The position numbers and the translations under genes are program-made. From Chrysomallon squamiferum (taxonomy: Eukaryota > Animalia > Mollusca): a DNA stretch of 64,000 bases. The notes below the pieces were generated by a model that had not been told where the DNA came from, did no database searches, and saw nothing but the letters and a program-made list of their open reading frames with translations. The DNA lies in contig CM022679.1 in the NCBI GenBank assembly GCA_012295275.1, positions 24,738,001 through 24,802,000 on the forward strand, written 5' to 3'. Positions 1-11,509 of this stretch are shown here, piece after piece; positions within the stretch are counted from its first letter, which is position 1; each line of letters begins with the position of its first letter.

Positions 1-95
1 AATGAAGGAACAAAGGTTCTACAAAGAAATAGACGAACAAACCAAAAACAAATCAACGTTTTATATATATATATATAGACTGGAATGGCACTTGC

Positions 96-310
96 CTGCA
101 TGATAAAAAAACGAGGTTTGCCTGTCAAGGTAGGACAATTGTCGTCGTCGAAGAACGTAAGCAGCTCGCTGGTAGTGACGTCTTCGTCCGTCCCCGAAAC
201 AATATCACATCTTTGTGACGCATTCCCTTTCATTCTCGCGATGGTTTCGTTGCCGTGTGTTAAAACTGCGCATGCCAGACAGTCGTGATGTGTATGATCC
301 TCTTCCGCAA
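96..310 (-). CDS. Caspase A, coding exon 2 (catalytic His exon); the gene continues beyond the left edge of the window
   Basis: Acceptor TCAG at 314-311, phase 1. Translates VAEEDHTHHDCLACAVLTHGNETIARMKGNASQRCDIVSGTDEDVTTSELLTFFDDDNCPTLTGKPRFFIMQ, with the caspase THG and CPxLxGKPxxFxxQ motifs. Ends at CAG|GCAAGT, the same intron position as caspase B. Confidence 0.93.
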
Positions 311-652
311 CTGAGCAAAAGAACAGAAACGAGAGAGAAATTAATATTTCATTAGAATTTTGTTTACCGCTCATCTTGTCACATTTATTCAGTTCATTAA
401 ATATGTTGCCAGAATATAACTAAGTTCACTTTATATATATATATATATATATATTAATGCAAAAATAGTAGTATAAAACTCGAAAGTGCCTATTATTAAA
501 ATGTATCTTGTTCTTGTTTTTCATGTTCTCTTTCTTTCATTCTTTTGAATTTTCTCTATACATCTGCGGCCATATAAATAATTTAGAACTTACATAGTGG
601 CATTACAACATAAGAATTACATTACTACAGTTTCCACAAGCGCTGTACATAC

Positions 653-881
653 CTGATTTTAGCCAGTTTTTCATCTCTCTGGCAGTGAGATCGATCTGGA
701 TTCTGACATCTTCAAAACCGAGTGTCTGAAATACCCGCTTAAGATTTTCTGTGTCATAGCGCGATCCTGCTCTAATGGGAAGCTCGGGTTCGTGATCCTC
801 GAATCTCTGGTTGTTTATGATGAGTGCCACACCTCGGGTCCTGAAGGAAAAATCGTACTCGTCCGTAGGACTGGCGGCCAT
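653..881 (-). CDS. Caspase A, coding exon 1 (start of the p20 subunit)
   Basis: MAASPTDEYDFSFRTRGVALIINNQRF...RAGSRYDTENLKRVFQTLGF...DLTAREM matches the caspase p20 N-terminal motifs. 76 codons plus 1 nt, donor G|GTATGT. The phase matches the 310-96 exon. Confidence 0.93.
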
Positions 882-929
882 TCACTGGAACATTACAACA
901 TTACAACATTCAGAGAGGGGCAGTGGGTC

Positions 930-931
<2 letters not shown>

Positions 932-1006
<75 letters not shown>
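932..1006. repeat. (GA)n microsatellite
   Basis: Direct inspection. Confidence 0.97.
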
Positions 1007-1011
<5 letters not shown>

Positions 1012-1185
1012 ATCGTGGTGTGTATATAATTATATAATGCTCACAAGCTAGCATACGAAAACCGAACATGAAATGCGACCGCTCAGGTTAAGTCATGTTC
1101 ATATCCTACAGCTGCTTTTCTGACTAAGTTACACTTTAAATAAACGTTAAAAACATTAAACTGAATTTATCTCCTCTGTTATAAT

Positions 1186-1315
1186 GACAACAACAACAAC
1201 AACAACAACAAGTAGAGCAACAAGAGCAACACGAGCAACAAAAATAATTATAATAATAATATTTGTAATTATAATTATATTAAATATCGTTATTTTATGA
1301 AAATCATCATCATCA

Positions 1316-1351
<36 letters not shown>

Positions 1352-1352
1352 G

Positions 1353-1445
<93 letters not shown>

Positions 1446-1450
1446 CAGTA
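1186..1450. repeat. Compound trinucleotide microsatellite (ACA/ATC/ATT/AGT)n
   Basis: Direct inspection. It explains the low-complexity ORFs 1156..1713 and 1297..1491. Confidence 0.95.
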
Positions 1451-2163
1451 TTGTTAATATTATTGCTGGGTTTTTTGATGGTTGTTGTTAAGAAAATGGG
1501 ATGATATATCCTGTGACATATGGGAAGAAAAGATCTGATATAAGCTGGCCCATCCCTAGAAGCTAACAAACTATCTGGATGACTGCAGATTGACCCAGGT
1601 GAATGAAGAACGATATATTCCTGGAACATGATATTCATGGACAAATATCTCGGGTATTTCAGTAACATTGCATAACTGTCGCCTGTCGGAAACCTTTCGT
1701 TTGAATTCCCCAAAAGAAGGACTATCCCAGCTGAGTAAAGTAGCTAAATATACGAACTGTTGCAGTATGATACAAACTGACGTCTGTGGTTCAAATAATC
1801 AGGAAGGTTTTGGAAATATATAAAAATTGATGTTAATATGCTCAAGGAGAGAAAGATGGCCTAATCAACTATTATTTTGTTATTAATAATGAAAATTATT
1901 AAAGCATTGAAATTTATTAAAGCTTTTGGATTATATAAATATTAATTAAAATTCCTATTAATACACGTTTATGAAAAACAAAAAGAAATAATAAGAAGGA
2001 AAATCACACCCACCCACACCCACCCACACACACAAAAACACAAAAGACACACACAAAGATGTACAATGTTTGTATTACATCAGCATACTTTGAAAATCAG
2101 CTCTTTATTATTCCATTACCTTGGTTAACTTGAAACGCTTTGATGATGATGATGATGATGATG

Positions 2164-2195
<32 letters not shown>

Positions 2196-3571
2196 CATAA
2201 TAATAATAATAAAGGGTTTAATCATAATTTTAATAATATATTAAAGACGATATTAACTTTTCCAATGCCCATATTATGTGACGATATTATTCCATGCAAA
2301 ATAAATTTTTAAATAAATAAATAAAATGATATAAAAAAAACCTTCATTCAACCTTAATTATTCAAGATTAATACAAATTTTATTACTCATTAAATGCTTG
2401 TTTAAACAAATTTTTAATTTCTTCACAAAACCGTAATTTTAATTTTACATTTGTTACACAAATTATTCCATTAAAACAGCAACAGTATTTTGTCGATGAA
2501 GAAAATGACGAATGATGATAAATGATGATAGGTTATTTTAAAACAATCTCGTCAACGACAACAACAACAATCTCAACCAGATGTGAATAATAATAATAAA
2601 ATAAAATAATTTAATTTCTAACAAAATAATAAAGTTAAATATTGTCATAAATACTAGAATATTCATAATAACTGTCATTTTACTCTTGAAATTTTAGAAT
2701 TCATTTTATTCCGACCACCACATTTTGTACGAGCAAACTCTGTGGAACAGAATTATCGAATATAACGGCATTTCTTTTTATATAACGTGATTACGTAAAT
2801 CGCATTAGGATTTCTCCTTAATGCTAAGTTGTTTATAATACATTTAGCACTTACATAAATAAAACGGTACAGATAGACAGATATATAAAGAAACATACAT
2901 CTTAACTTTTCATTTTATGTTTGTTCTTGCTGAAATTAAAGATGGCAGCGAAAACAATAAAATTCTGATTTCTTCAAATTCCAAAAACTGGTTTTTATTT
3001 AATGAATAAACAAAATAAAAATTCATGTTATAAGATATTCGTATTATTTCGGAAACTCACTCATTTTATTAGAGGTAGAAAAATTATTCTTTAAGCCGAT
3101 AAATTCGTGTTTTCATTGCTGATTCGTACATGAGTTAGTTTATATTAAGGATTAACAGAATACGAATCAGTGACCTGTGCCCATAGTATTGCCTGTATTT
3201 TGAAACAGGACAGTTGCACGAAATATATGTGCCCTTTAGTACAGTTGATAACATTATGTAGCAATGTTAAAGTCTAATTCGATAATCAAATATAACAAAT
3301 GTTAGTAATCAAATGTTAATATTATAACTCGACACAGTATGTGAAAATATATCACAGCACTGACTATCAAAGTTCGAGTTACATCAGCAATCAGACGTAA
3401 TAAATACGATACAACTGGATGCAAGGCTGTTTGTGTGTTATAATAGGATTGTAGTTTTTAAAAAATTTCCTATTTGTTATTAAACAGAATATAATATTTT
3501 AGATAGTTTTCAGAGTCCTTTTTATCTTTTTTTTTATTATTATTTTTTTTTTTAAATGCAAGACCCCATTA

Positions 3572-3612
<41 letters not shown>

Positions 3613-4094
3613 ATAAATAAATAAACAAATATAAAAGATTAAATTTCTTGAAGTACAAAACGTCAGACGTCTCTCCGCCTGTATTTATAATGTTGTCATT
3701 TACATGAACCCGAAAAGATAACAGTGAGAAAGGTAGTAACAGAGACAGACATATATTTATTTAAATATGTATGTATGTATGTATGTGTGTGTGTGGGTGG
3801 ATGGGTGGGTGTGTACATGTGTGTGTTACATACATACGTACGTAAACAACAGACAGACAGAAATTCATAAAGACAGATAAATATAACGACCAACATTTAT
3901 ACAAGTATATGTATGTATTGACAGACATATATAAATAGGTAGATAGATAGACAAATATACAGATATATAGAGAGACATACATACAGATAGACAGATATAT
4001 AAAGAGATATACATACAGGCAGATCTAGTTATTAAAAGCGTTCATACATTCACAATCTCTCTCAGACACACACATACGTACTACATTTACTTAC

Positions 4095-4170
4095 CAGTGA
4101 CATCAGTGAATGCTGCAGAATGCTTTAAAAATAATTAAAATCCGGGTAGGAAATATTCTGCCTGTTCTGT
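4095..4170 (-). other. Candidate non-coding first exon of caspase A
   Basis: Strong minus-strand donor CTG|GTAAGT at 4094-4089, lying downstream of a (TA)n/TATA tract (~4174-4196) and a CpG-rich patch (4270-4375). The 5' end is uncertain. Confidence 0.45.
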
Positions 4171-4269
4171 CAGTATATATATATATATATATATATTAGG
4201 GAACAAAACAAACAAACGTACATTTGCTGATCTGTCATGTGTATTTTCTCTTCAAACACCATTAGCTTA

Positions 4270-4375
4270 GTCGTAACGGATTACGTACGGTCCGCGTCAT
4301 CCACGGGAACAGTCGGTCAGAACTTTTGACGATTCTGCGGAGGAATGTTTGTCCGGATCAGAGAACAATGGCGCC
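4270..4375. promoter_or_regulatory. CpG-rich promoter-like patch upstream of caspase A
   Basis: Local cluster of CpGs (gtcgtaacggattacgtacggtccgcgtcatccacgggaacagtcgg) in otherwise AT-rich DNA. Confidence 0.35.
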
Positions 4376-4462
4376 TTTATTTAGAAAGTAATCAAGTGTA
4401 TATTCGCATCAGCTATGTCTGATCTTTTGACCTCGTTTTAGTTAATCAACAACAACTAAACT

Positions 4463-4528
<66 letters not shown>

Positions 4529-4980
4529 GAGATTTCAAACTAGAAGAAAATTGAATGATCGATTTGAATAATAATTTATTTATTATTATCTTTTTCTTAT
4601 TAGATTTCAAACTGTATTTATTATTACTATTCTGATCATGAAAGCAAGTGAAAGAGCCTCTCCCCCAGCGAATCACTAATAGATGTTTTTATTTTATATA
4701 TATGAAATGTTTGTGGGAAAGATTTTTTACGATTTTATGTTTATTATTTTACATTTTTGATTAGTCACTTTAACGTTTTCATAACGTGATATATTTAATT
4801 ATTTGTTATTATCATTATTTTTTTTCTAAAAATAATATATATATTTAGCTTACATATGCCATTTTACAACAAAGTCCGAAGGAAAAAAGAAAGAATAATA
4901 AACTTTTAATATAATAATATAATGAATAATAGAAAATTTCCTGAGTCCCTAAAATTTGTTTTTATAAATTATTATTATTT

Positions 4981-5015
<35 letters not shown>

Positions 5016-5490
5016 TTATTATGATTATTATTATTTTATTTTTAAATCACGGCATGAGCATAGCCAGGAATTGTGATTAGACAAAAGTGAAAAGGGCTAT
5101 GGGAACCCAAATATGTGTCAACTTCCTCTAATCTGGGAATGGGAAAACTATAATTATATCATTATTGTTATCCAAAGCGCCTCTACTTTGTGTTCGTCAA
5201 ACTGTTCTCACCCATTTCTTCTCACTTTTGAACGCTTGATTTATTCTCTGTTTCAAGGCCTGTCTGAATAAAAATTTCATTGAATGGAAAATTTCAAGTC
5301 TTATCTTTGTGTATACTGCACGAATTTTACTGTGTTTTGTTTCGAAAACGGTTAAATCTGAATCGCAGTGACATCTGCGTTTGTACACTGCCGTTCACGA
5401 TTTCGGCATTAGCTCTGTGAGCTTTCTTGATAAAAACAAAAGACTAATATCTTAGCTTCGTTTATGTATCCAATATCAAAGTTCTTGCCA

Positions 5491-5680
5491 GCCGGAAGTG
5501 GTAGTAAAATCTTGATGAATAAACTGTGTAAAGAGTCTTGACTATCTCCGAGCAACAGACCCATTTCAGGAACAAATCAGATGAAAGCGAGATATTTTAT
5601 CTTTTTAAAAACAGTACCACTTGAAGCTTAAAGCAACTGCAGGAGAATCCGCCCCGCCTGAGAAAGACGTCACAGAAATC
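5491..5680 (+). promoter_or_regulatory. Promoter-like motif cluster upstream of caspase B
   Basis: ETS-type GCCGGAAGTG (5491-5500), GC box CCGCCCCGCC (~5649-5658) and CRE-like GACGTCA (~5666-5672). Confidence 0.45.
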
Positions 5681-6208
5681 GATTCACTCCCGAGTCATAA
5701 CATGACTGATCAAACAGATTTTCCACATCCAGAGAACCTCCTGAATTCTGTTTCAAGTTGCTGGTTTTGTGAGCAAAGTGATCATTCTTTTTCATAAGAT
5801 GTCGATTTAAGTCTTAGCAAAGTGAACTTCAGCTTCTGTTCCTTTTACATTAACATTACCAAACTTGTATCTTTTTTAAGTACTGTCATACCTGCAATAT
5901 CCATCCCGTTTTTGTCCGTTTGTTCTTAATACACTCTTATTTAAACTGTTTTGAGCACCGCTGGAAAGAGGAGCAGGTATTAATGAGTCAATTTTTTTAA
6001 TTATTATATAGCCATTATTAGCATTAAGATGCTGAAGAAAACTGCAACTTGTTAAAAATTAACATTCAAATTTTCTAATTTATCTCTTCTAAATGTATTT
6101 CATCATCTAGATCTTTTCACTGTGAATAATTTGTATAAAACTATTTTTGTAGTACAAGTAGAAACGAAGTAATGAATTTTCAAAGTTTTTTTAATTTATA
6201 TATATGTT

Positions 6209-6241
<33 letters not shown>

Positions 6242-6291
6242 TATCTTTCGCCTGAATGATTTTTTACATATCAATGTTAATATACTTGCAG

Positions 6292-6407
6292 AGTTATGAA
6301 AACAATTAGACTGAATATTTTCAACACATTGTATGACACTGTGAAAAAAGCTTTGTCAGAGGCAATCTGGCTTAAGAACAAGCCACTGAAAATCGGTATT
6401 CGAAATG
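6292..6407 (+). other. Candidate 5' UTR exon of caspase B
   Basis: Acceptor TTGCAG ending at 6291 and consensus donor ATG|GTAAGT at 6408. The exon could instead be a first exon. Confidence 0.4.
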
Positions 6408-8699
6408 GTAAGTATGCGCGAACGGCACATAAATATAAAAAAAAATTAAAAAAAAAAACGAACAATAACAACAAAACAACAACATTAAAAAAAAAAAAAA
6501 AAAAAAAAAATTCATAACTGTGGAATTGTTTGTCTGACAACTCTGAATTGTTTTTACTTCTGAAATCAGGATAAAAAAGATCTACAATTATAATTAAAAA
6601 TCAATCTTGTATTTTCCAAAATGAAAAATCAGTTCTGATTACCTAATATTAATAAAAAGTGTTAAGCAGAAACGAAACTAGGAATCAATTAAAAAATTGT
6701 TTTAAATTTTTCATCATAAATTTTCTATCTGCAGAAATTACCATCATTGCATCATTTTATTTTTATAATTATTTTTATTTGCGTTGGTGTTTTATTGCTA
6801 CCACTACTACTACTACGACTACGACTACTACTACTGTTATTTTTATATTTTAATGTACGAAATGAAACAAAAACGATTTAAAAAGGTTTTTTTCTTTATT
6901 TTTCAAAATTAATTTGTTTAATAATAATTCAAAAAACAACAAAAAATATTATAAGTAAATAGATTAGATAATAAATGTTTTAATGAAATAGTTACAAGCA
7001 TTTCTCCACCATTTTCAAATAAAAATAATCTATAATTATAATATAAAATAAGCAGCGACGAGTAAATATTACGGAACTAATTCATACTTAAGTGAGTTAG
7101 TTATATGCGACTGTTCATCGTAGTTACTGAGTACTGAATAATCACAGAAACATTTCTGGGAAAAAAATTTAAAAAAGAAGAAATGGAGGGGAAAAAAAAA
7201 AAAAAAAATATGTATCAAGTGCAAGAGCGGAGCGAGCTAATTCTGCCCGAGGTTTTCTGAAAAGTAAAACCTTTTTTTGGCTGCTTTTTTCTTTCTGTTA
7301 TTCATTCATTATTTTTTTATTATTAAAAATAAAAATAATAATGGAAATTATATAAATTATTATTATTATTATTATTATTTTTTTAAGTGCCTTTCTTCTT
7401 TCTGTTTGAAAAGTAATACGAGTGGATATAGTTGGCAAAAATCAACACTGTGTTGATTCTTAGTACTCAATCATTGTAGACATTTTGCAATTATTATTCC
7501 AGTTTCGAAACCGCGTTTTTTCTATTTTCTTAACAGAAGAGTTGCATAAATAAGATCATTCGTAAAAATAGCAGATAATGCAACAAACCCCGAAACTGGA
7601 AAATTAATGTAATATTAATCACTAATTTATATTTATTTTTTTATAATATTAAAATTAACATCTGGTACCCAGTTTAGTATCTGAATTTTACGATAATAAA
7701 GGAAGTGCTCTGATCGAAATTTAGAAAAGGCTTGACGAGGTAAACAAAATTTAATAAAAGTTTATCTAGTTTCACTGTCATTATATCGGTATGTTCGTTT
7801 TCTATCATAGCTCGTTGGATATTAAATGTTTGGTACATCTGTCATTCACTTCTGATGAAAAGTGGAATATTTATTTTATTTAAATCGTATTATTTTTAGA
7901 ATCGAAACTTAACAATGATAAACATATTCCTAAATAAAATAAGCCATTCGAAAGGACTCAAGTTTAAATTAGTTTGAATGTACACTCTAACAACAATAAC
8001 ACAAATGTATTTAAATAAATAAACCCAGTGTAAGGTGTTTTTTTTTAATGCAGATGTATTCATGTTAGAATCAGGCCATGCTTATTTCTCAACTTTTTTT
8101 TATTTTTAAAATTATTATTTTATTTTTATTTTTTATTTTTATTATGATTATTATTATTATTTTGTGTGTGTGTGTTAAAGAATTGTTTAATAGCTGTTTT
8201 TGGCCACACTTGTTAATTCAGCAGGTGGCATTGTATGATTTTGTATAACTTTACACTGATAAAATGTTACACACAAACAAACACACACACACACACACAC
8301 ACACAAACATTTTTTTCTGGTGTTGTTGGTTTTTGTTACCTGTTTTAGCTTTTGATGTATCCCATAGCCATTTTGCTTTCCTAATTCATAGCTCTATTCT
8401 AATTTATGACAAATATGAAATCAATGTGCATAAAAAGGTCATCACCATATATATATAAATATACACCTCTACTAAGCTACTACTATTCAAAACAAAATAT
8501 AATTTGTGAAATGATCATTGTTCTGTGAAAGTAAAATGGCTGGTTTTTGATTGTATCTTGGAAAAAAGGAAACTTGAGACTACTTGTGAAAACAAGCAAT
8601 TGTAGTATTTTTATTATCATAATTTGATATTAAATATATTTTATTTTCCAGTTTAAAATAATTTCATCACAGCATCCTCCTTTTTTAGTGAACAGTATC

Positions 8700-8727
8700 A
8701 TGGCAGATGATTCACAAGATGCTTTGT
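8700..8727 (+). CDS. Caspase B, coding exon 1 (MADDSQDAL, short prodomain)
   Basis: Acceptor TTCCAG ending at 8651, ATG in atcATGg context, donor T|GTAAGA (phase 1). DSQD|A resembles effector-caspase prodomain cleavage sites such as caspase-7 DSVD|A. Confidence 0.7.
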
Positions 8728-8829
8728 GTAAGACATAATTGTTTAAATACTTCTTACTGTCCTTTGTTGTATATAGTAAACCAGGCTGTAGGTTTAGTCT
8801 GCTTCTGTTTTTAGCTGTACTTTCTGTTT

Positions 8830-8866
<37 letters not shown>

Positions 8867-9084
8867 CTTTTACCTCTCTCTTTTAGTCTGCATAATCATT
8901 TACTAGCACATTATCAAACAGTCATTGTCCTAGATTCAGTTACTAAGGTCAAAGCTTAATGTTTCAGTAGCATCGTTCTGTAAAGATTTCTTTGAATTCT
9001 TTTCAAACTCTTCAGGTAATTTTGGCTAATGATGTTTGATTGATTCTGGCTACAAATAAAAAATATTCTGTAAATATTTTACAG

Positions 9085-9124
9085 ATGGAAAATTTGGCCA
9101 GCGACTTGCTGATAGCTGCTTTGT
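9085..9124 (+). CDS. Caspase B, 40-nt coding microexon (YGKFGQRLADSCFV)
   Basis: TTTACAG acceptor and GT|GTGAGT donor. It converts phase 1 to phase 2, exactly as needed to join 8727 to 9658 in frame. Confidence 0.65.
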
Positions 9125-9557
9125 GTGAGTAACTTTAGACTTGGTTTATCTGAATGTCTTGAAGATTTTGAAAGAGTTTAAATGTATTATCTAAATATCT
9201 AAATAACATTTTTATCGTTTTTGACTTCCAGATATGACAGAAAAATTATAACTGGCATCATGGCATTATCCACTCAGTTATTTTACAAAGTGGAGTCACC
9301 TAATCTAATGAGTGAAAAGTTTTTTAACATGTGTATTTGAAAAATAATTGTTTGTATTTGAAAGGCACCAAAAACTAATAAGAAAAATCCCGTTTTTTTT
9401 AGACACTTGAACTGACAGTTAATATTTTGACAGATATTGAATTTATTTATTTCTAGTTATTATCTTGAATATTTTTACTTTGGTTTTTGTGAGTCTGTTC
9501 ACTGGTGGCATTGCAAAGAAGGCATTTGTAATTGAATTAACTATAAATAATGTCTTC

Positions 9558-9588
<31 letters not shown>

Positions 9589-9657
9589 TTTTACACACAC
9601 ACTGTTCTGTCCTGTTTATGTATATTATACATACTTCCAATGATAAATATATTCCAG

Positions 9658-9905
9658 ATCTAAGAGAGAAGAAACTACATCCTCAGCTGTCTTGATGGAT
9701 CCAGCAGATGAGTATAATTTCTGTCACCCAGTGAGAGGAATTGCCCTGATTATTACAAACAGCAAATTCCAAAACGCTGGTGAGCGGGCAGGTGCTAATA
9801 ATGACACTAAACTGTTTTACAAAACTTTCCAGCATCTCGGATTTACAGACATACGGATAGCACAGGATTTGACTGTCACTGAAATGATGCTTACTCTCAG
9901 ATCAA
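9658..9905 (+). CDS. Caspase B, coding exon 3
   Basis: SKREETTSSAVLMDPADEYNFCHPVRGIALIITNSKF...ERAGANNDTKLFYKTFQHLGF...DLTVTEM. TTCCAG acceptor and A|GTATGT donor. Confidence 0.93.
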
Positions 9906-10500
9906 GTATGTATTATTTAATTCATTTATGTAGTTGGTATAATGTATTATTTTAAACGAAAACAAAATAAGATGTTAACTGTTATTAGTTTGGCAGATTG
10001 CATGTTACTTACTATCAGATTTTTACTTTTGATTGCTTGCAGTTCAATAGCTGTATGAAAATCACTTTATTTCTTTAAAAAATCAGTTTTAAGTACTTCT
10101 AATATTAAAAAAAAAAAAAAGAAGGGATAAACATATAATTTTCATTCACTAATGAAACTTTTTTCAGTAAAAAATTAATAAATTTGGCAACAAATAAATG
10201 AAATGCAGCTTATTTCTTTCATAATTTTAACTCTAGAAATTTATTATTAATAGTTGCTAATAAGAAATAACTTCTTCATTTGCATTATAAAACTGAGGAG
10301 AATTGTTTCTCAAAAGATATTAATATACTATATCAGTTGCATTTTATCATCAAGTTTAAAAAAACGTATCCAGCTGTTTGAAAATTGTATTTATCAGTTG
10401 CATATGAGAAGTAAATTCTTTTTGAGTATTACAAAAATGGAGATTAAAGATTTTTTTTTTTCAAAACATTTATTAATTAAATCAAACATACTGTTTTTAG

Positions 10501-10721
10501 TTGCTAATGAGAAACAAGTCCTACAGAATTCTGACTGCATTGCCATTGCTTTTTCCTCCCATGGTGATGTATATCAGTATCTTCAAAGTGACAAGCCAAA
10601 TGTTCTGGAAGATACTATATTTGGTATTGACAACCAGGTTCGAACTCGCGAGCTGCTTGAAATGTTCATTGACTCCAACTGTCCTGAGCTGACTGGAAAA
10701 CCACGCCTCTTTTTCATTCAG
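10501..10721 (+). CDS. Caspase B, coding exon 4 (catalytic His)
   Basis: IANEKQVLQNSDCIAIAFSSHG...TIFGIDNQVRTRELLEMFIDSNCPELTGKPRLFFIQ. TTTTAG acceptor and CAG|GT donor. Confidence 0.94.
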
Positions 10722-11287
10722 GTTTTGGTTTAATATATATATATATATATATATATTTTAAATTACTTTTTATTGTTTATTTATTTGTTTGATTTAAAAG
10801 CACACCTTTGACCCATATATGACATAAACAAGAGTTTTGAATAATAAAAAAACCCCACATTTTTAGTGAGTAAACAGTAAAAATCTATATAATCATAATC
10901 AACTTCAATCGCTGTAAGACAGCAGTGTATACAATGTTTGGTATTTGAAATCCAGTATTTTGTAAAGACATATATATAATATTTTTTTCTGTTTCCAATT
11001 AATTTTTAATCAAAGGATACACACATTTGTTTTTATTTATATTGACTGATTTATTTGTTGTCTTTCATTTATTTAATTATTTATTTATGTAATTTTTAAT
11101 TTTTATTTTGTTTTCTTGTTTTAATCATTTTTCTTTTTACTTTTGTTTTGTTTTGTTTGGATATATAAAAAATGATCAAAATATTCTAATCAGCAAAAAC
11201 AAAACAATTTTTATCGTCACTAACATGCTAACTGAACCAGGATAAAGTGGTTAAAATCTTTTTTATAATTTTTATATGTATATTTAG

Positions 11288-11435
11288 GCATGTCGAGGCT
11301 CAAAGCTGGATGTCGGAGTTGAAATAATGGATGTCCCAGATTCAATTACTGATGTCACAGATTCTCTTACTGATGTTTCTGTTTCACCAGCACCTTGCTT
11401 TAAAGATTTCCTTGTCTTCTATGCAACCCCTCCAG
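11288..11435 (+). CDS. Caspase B, coding exon 5 (catalytic Cys and intersubunit linker)
   Basis: ACRGSKLDVGVEIMDVPDSITDVTDSLTDVSVSPAPCFKDFLVFYATPPG completes QACRG across the intron. Donor G|GTAACT. Not in the ORF track. Confidence 0.95.
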
Positions 11436-11509
11436 GTAACTCCAGTGTCTGTCATATTGAGGACATATAACATACACATTCCTAGCTGAGACATGTAACA
11501 CATATTAGA

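Noticed and set aside
85-288. Plus-strand 67-aa ORF
   Set aside because: Antisense shadow of the caspase A exon 310-96.
792-4676. ORFs with poly-RE, poly-T/N, poly-I/S and poly-SL tracts, and similar HT/CV/YI/poly-F/K ORFs across the window
   Set aside because: Translations of microsatellites and homopolymers, with no domain or splice support.
10254-10500. N-terminal part of the 159-aa ORF
   Set aside because: Intronic. The real exon starts at the acceptor at 10500/10501.
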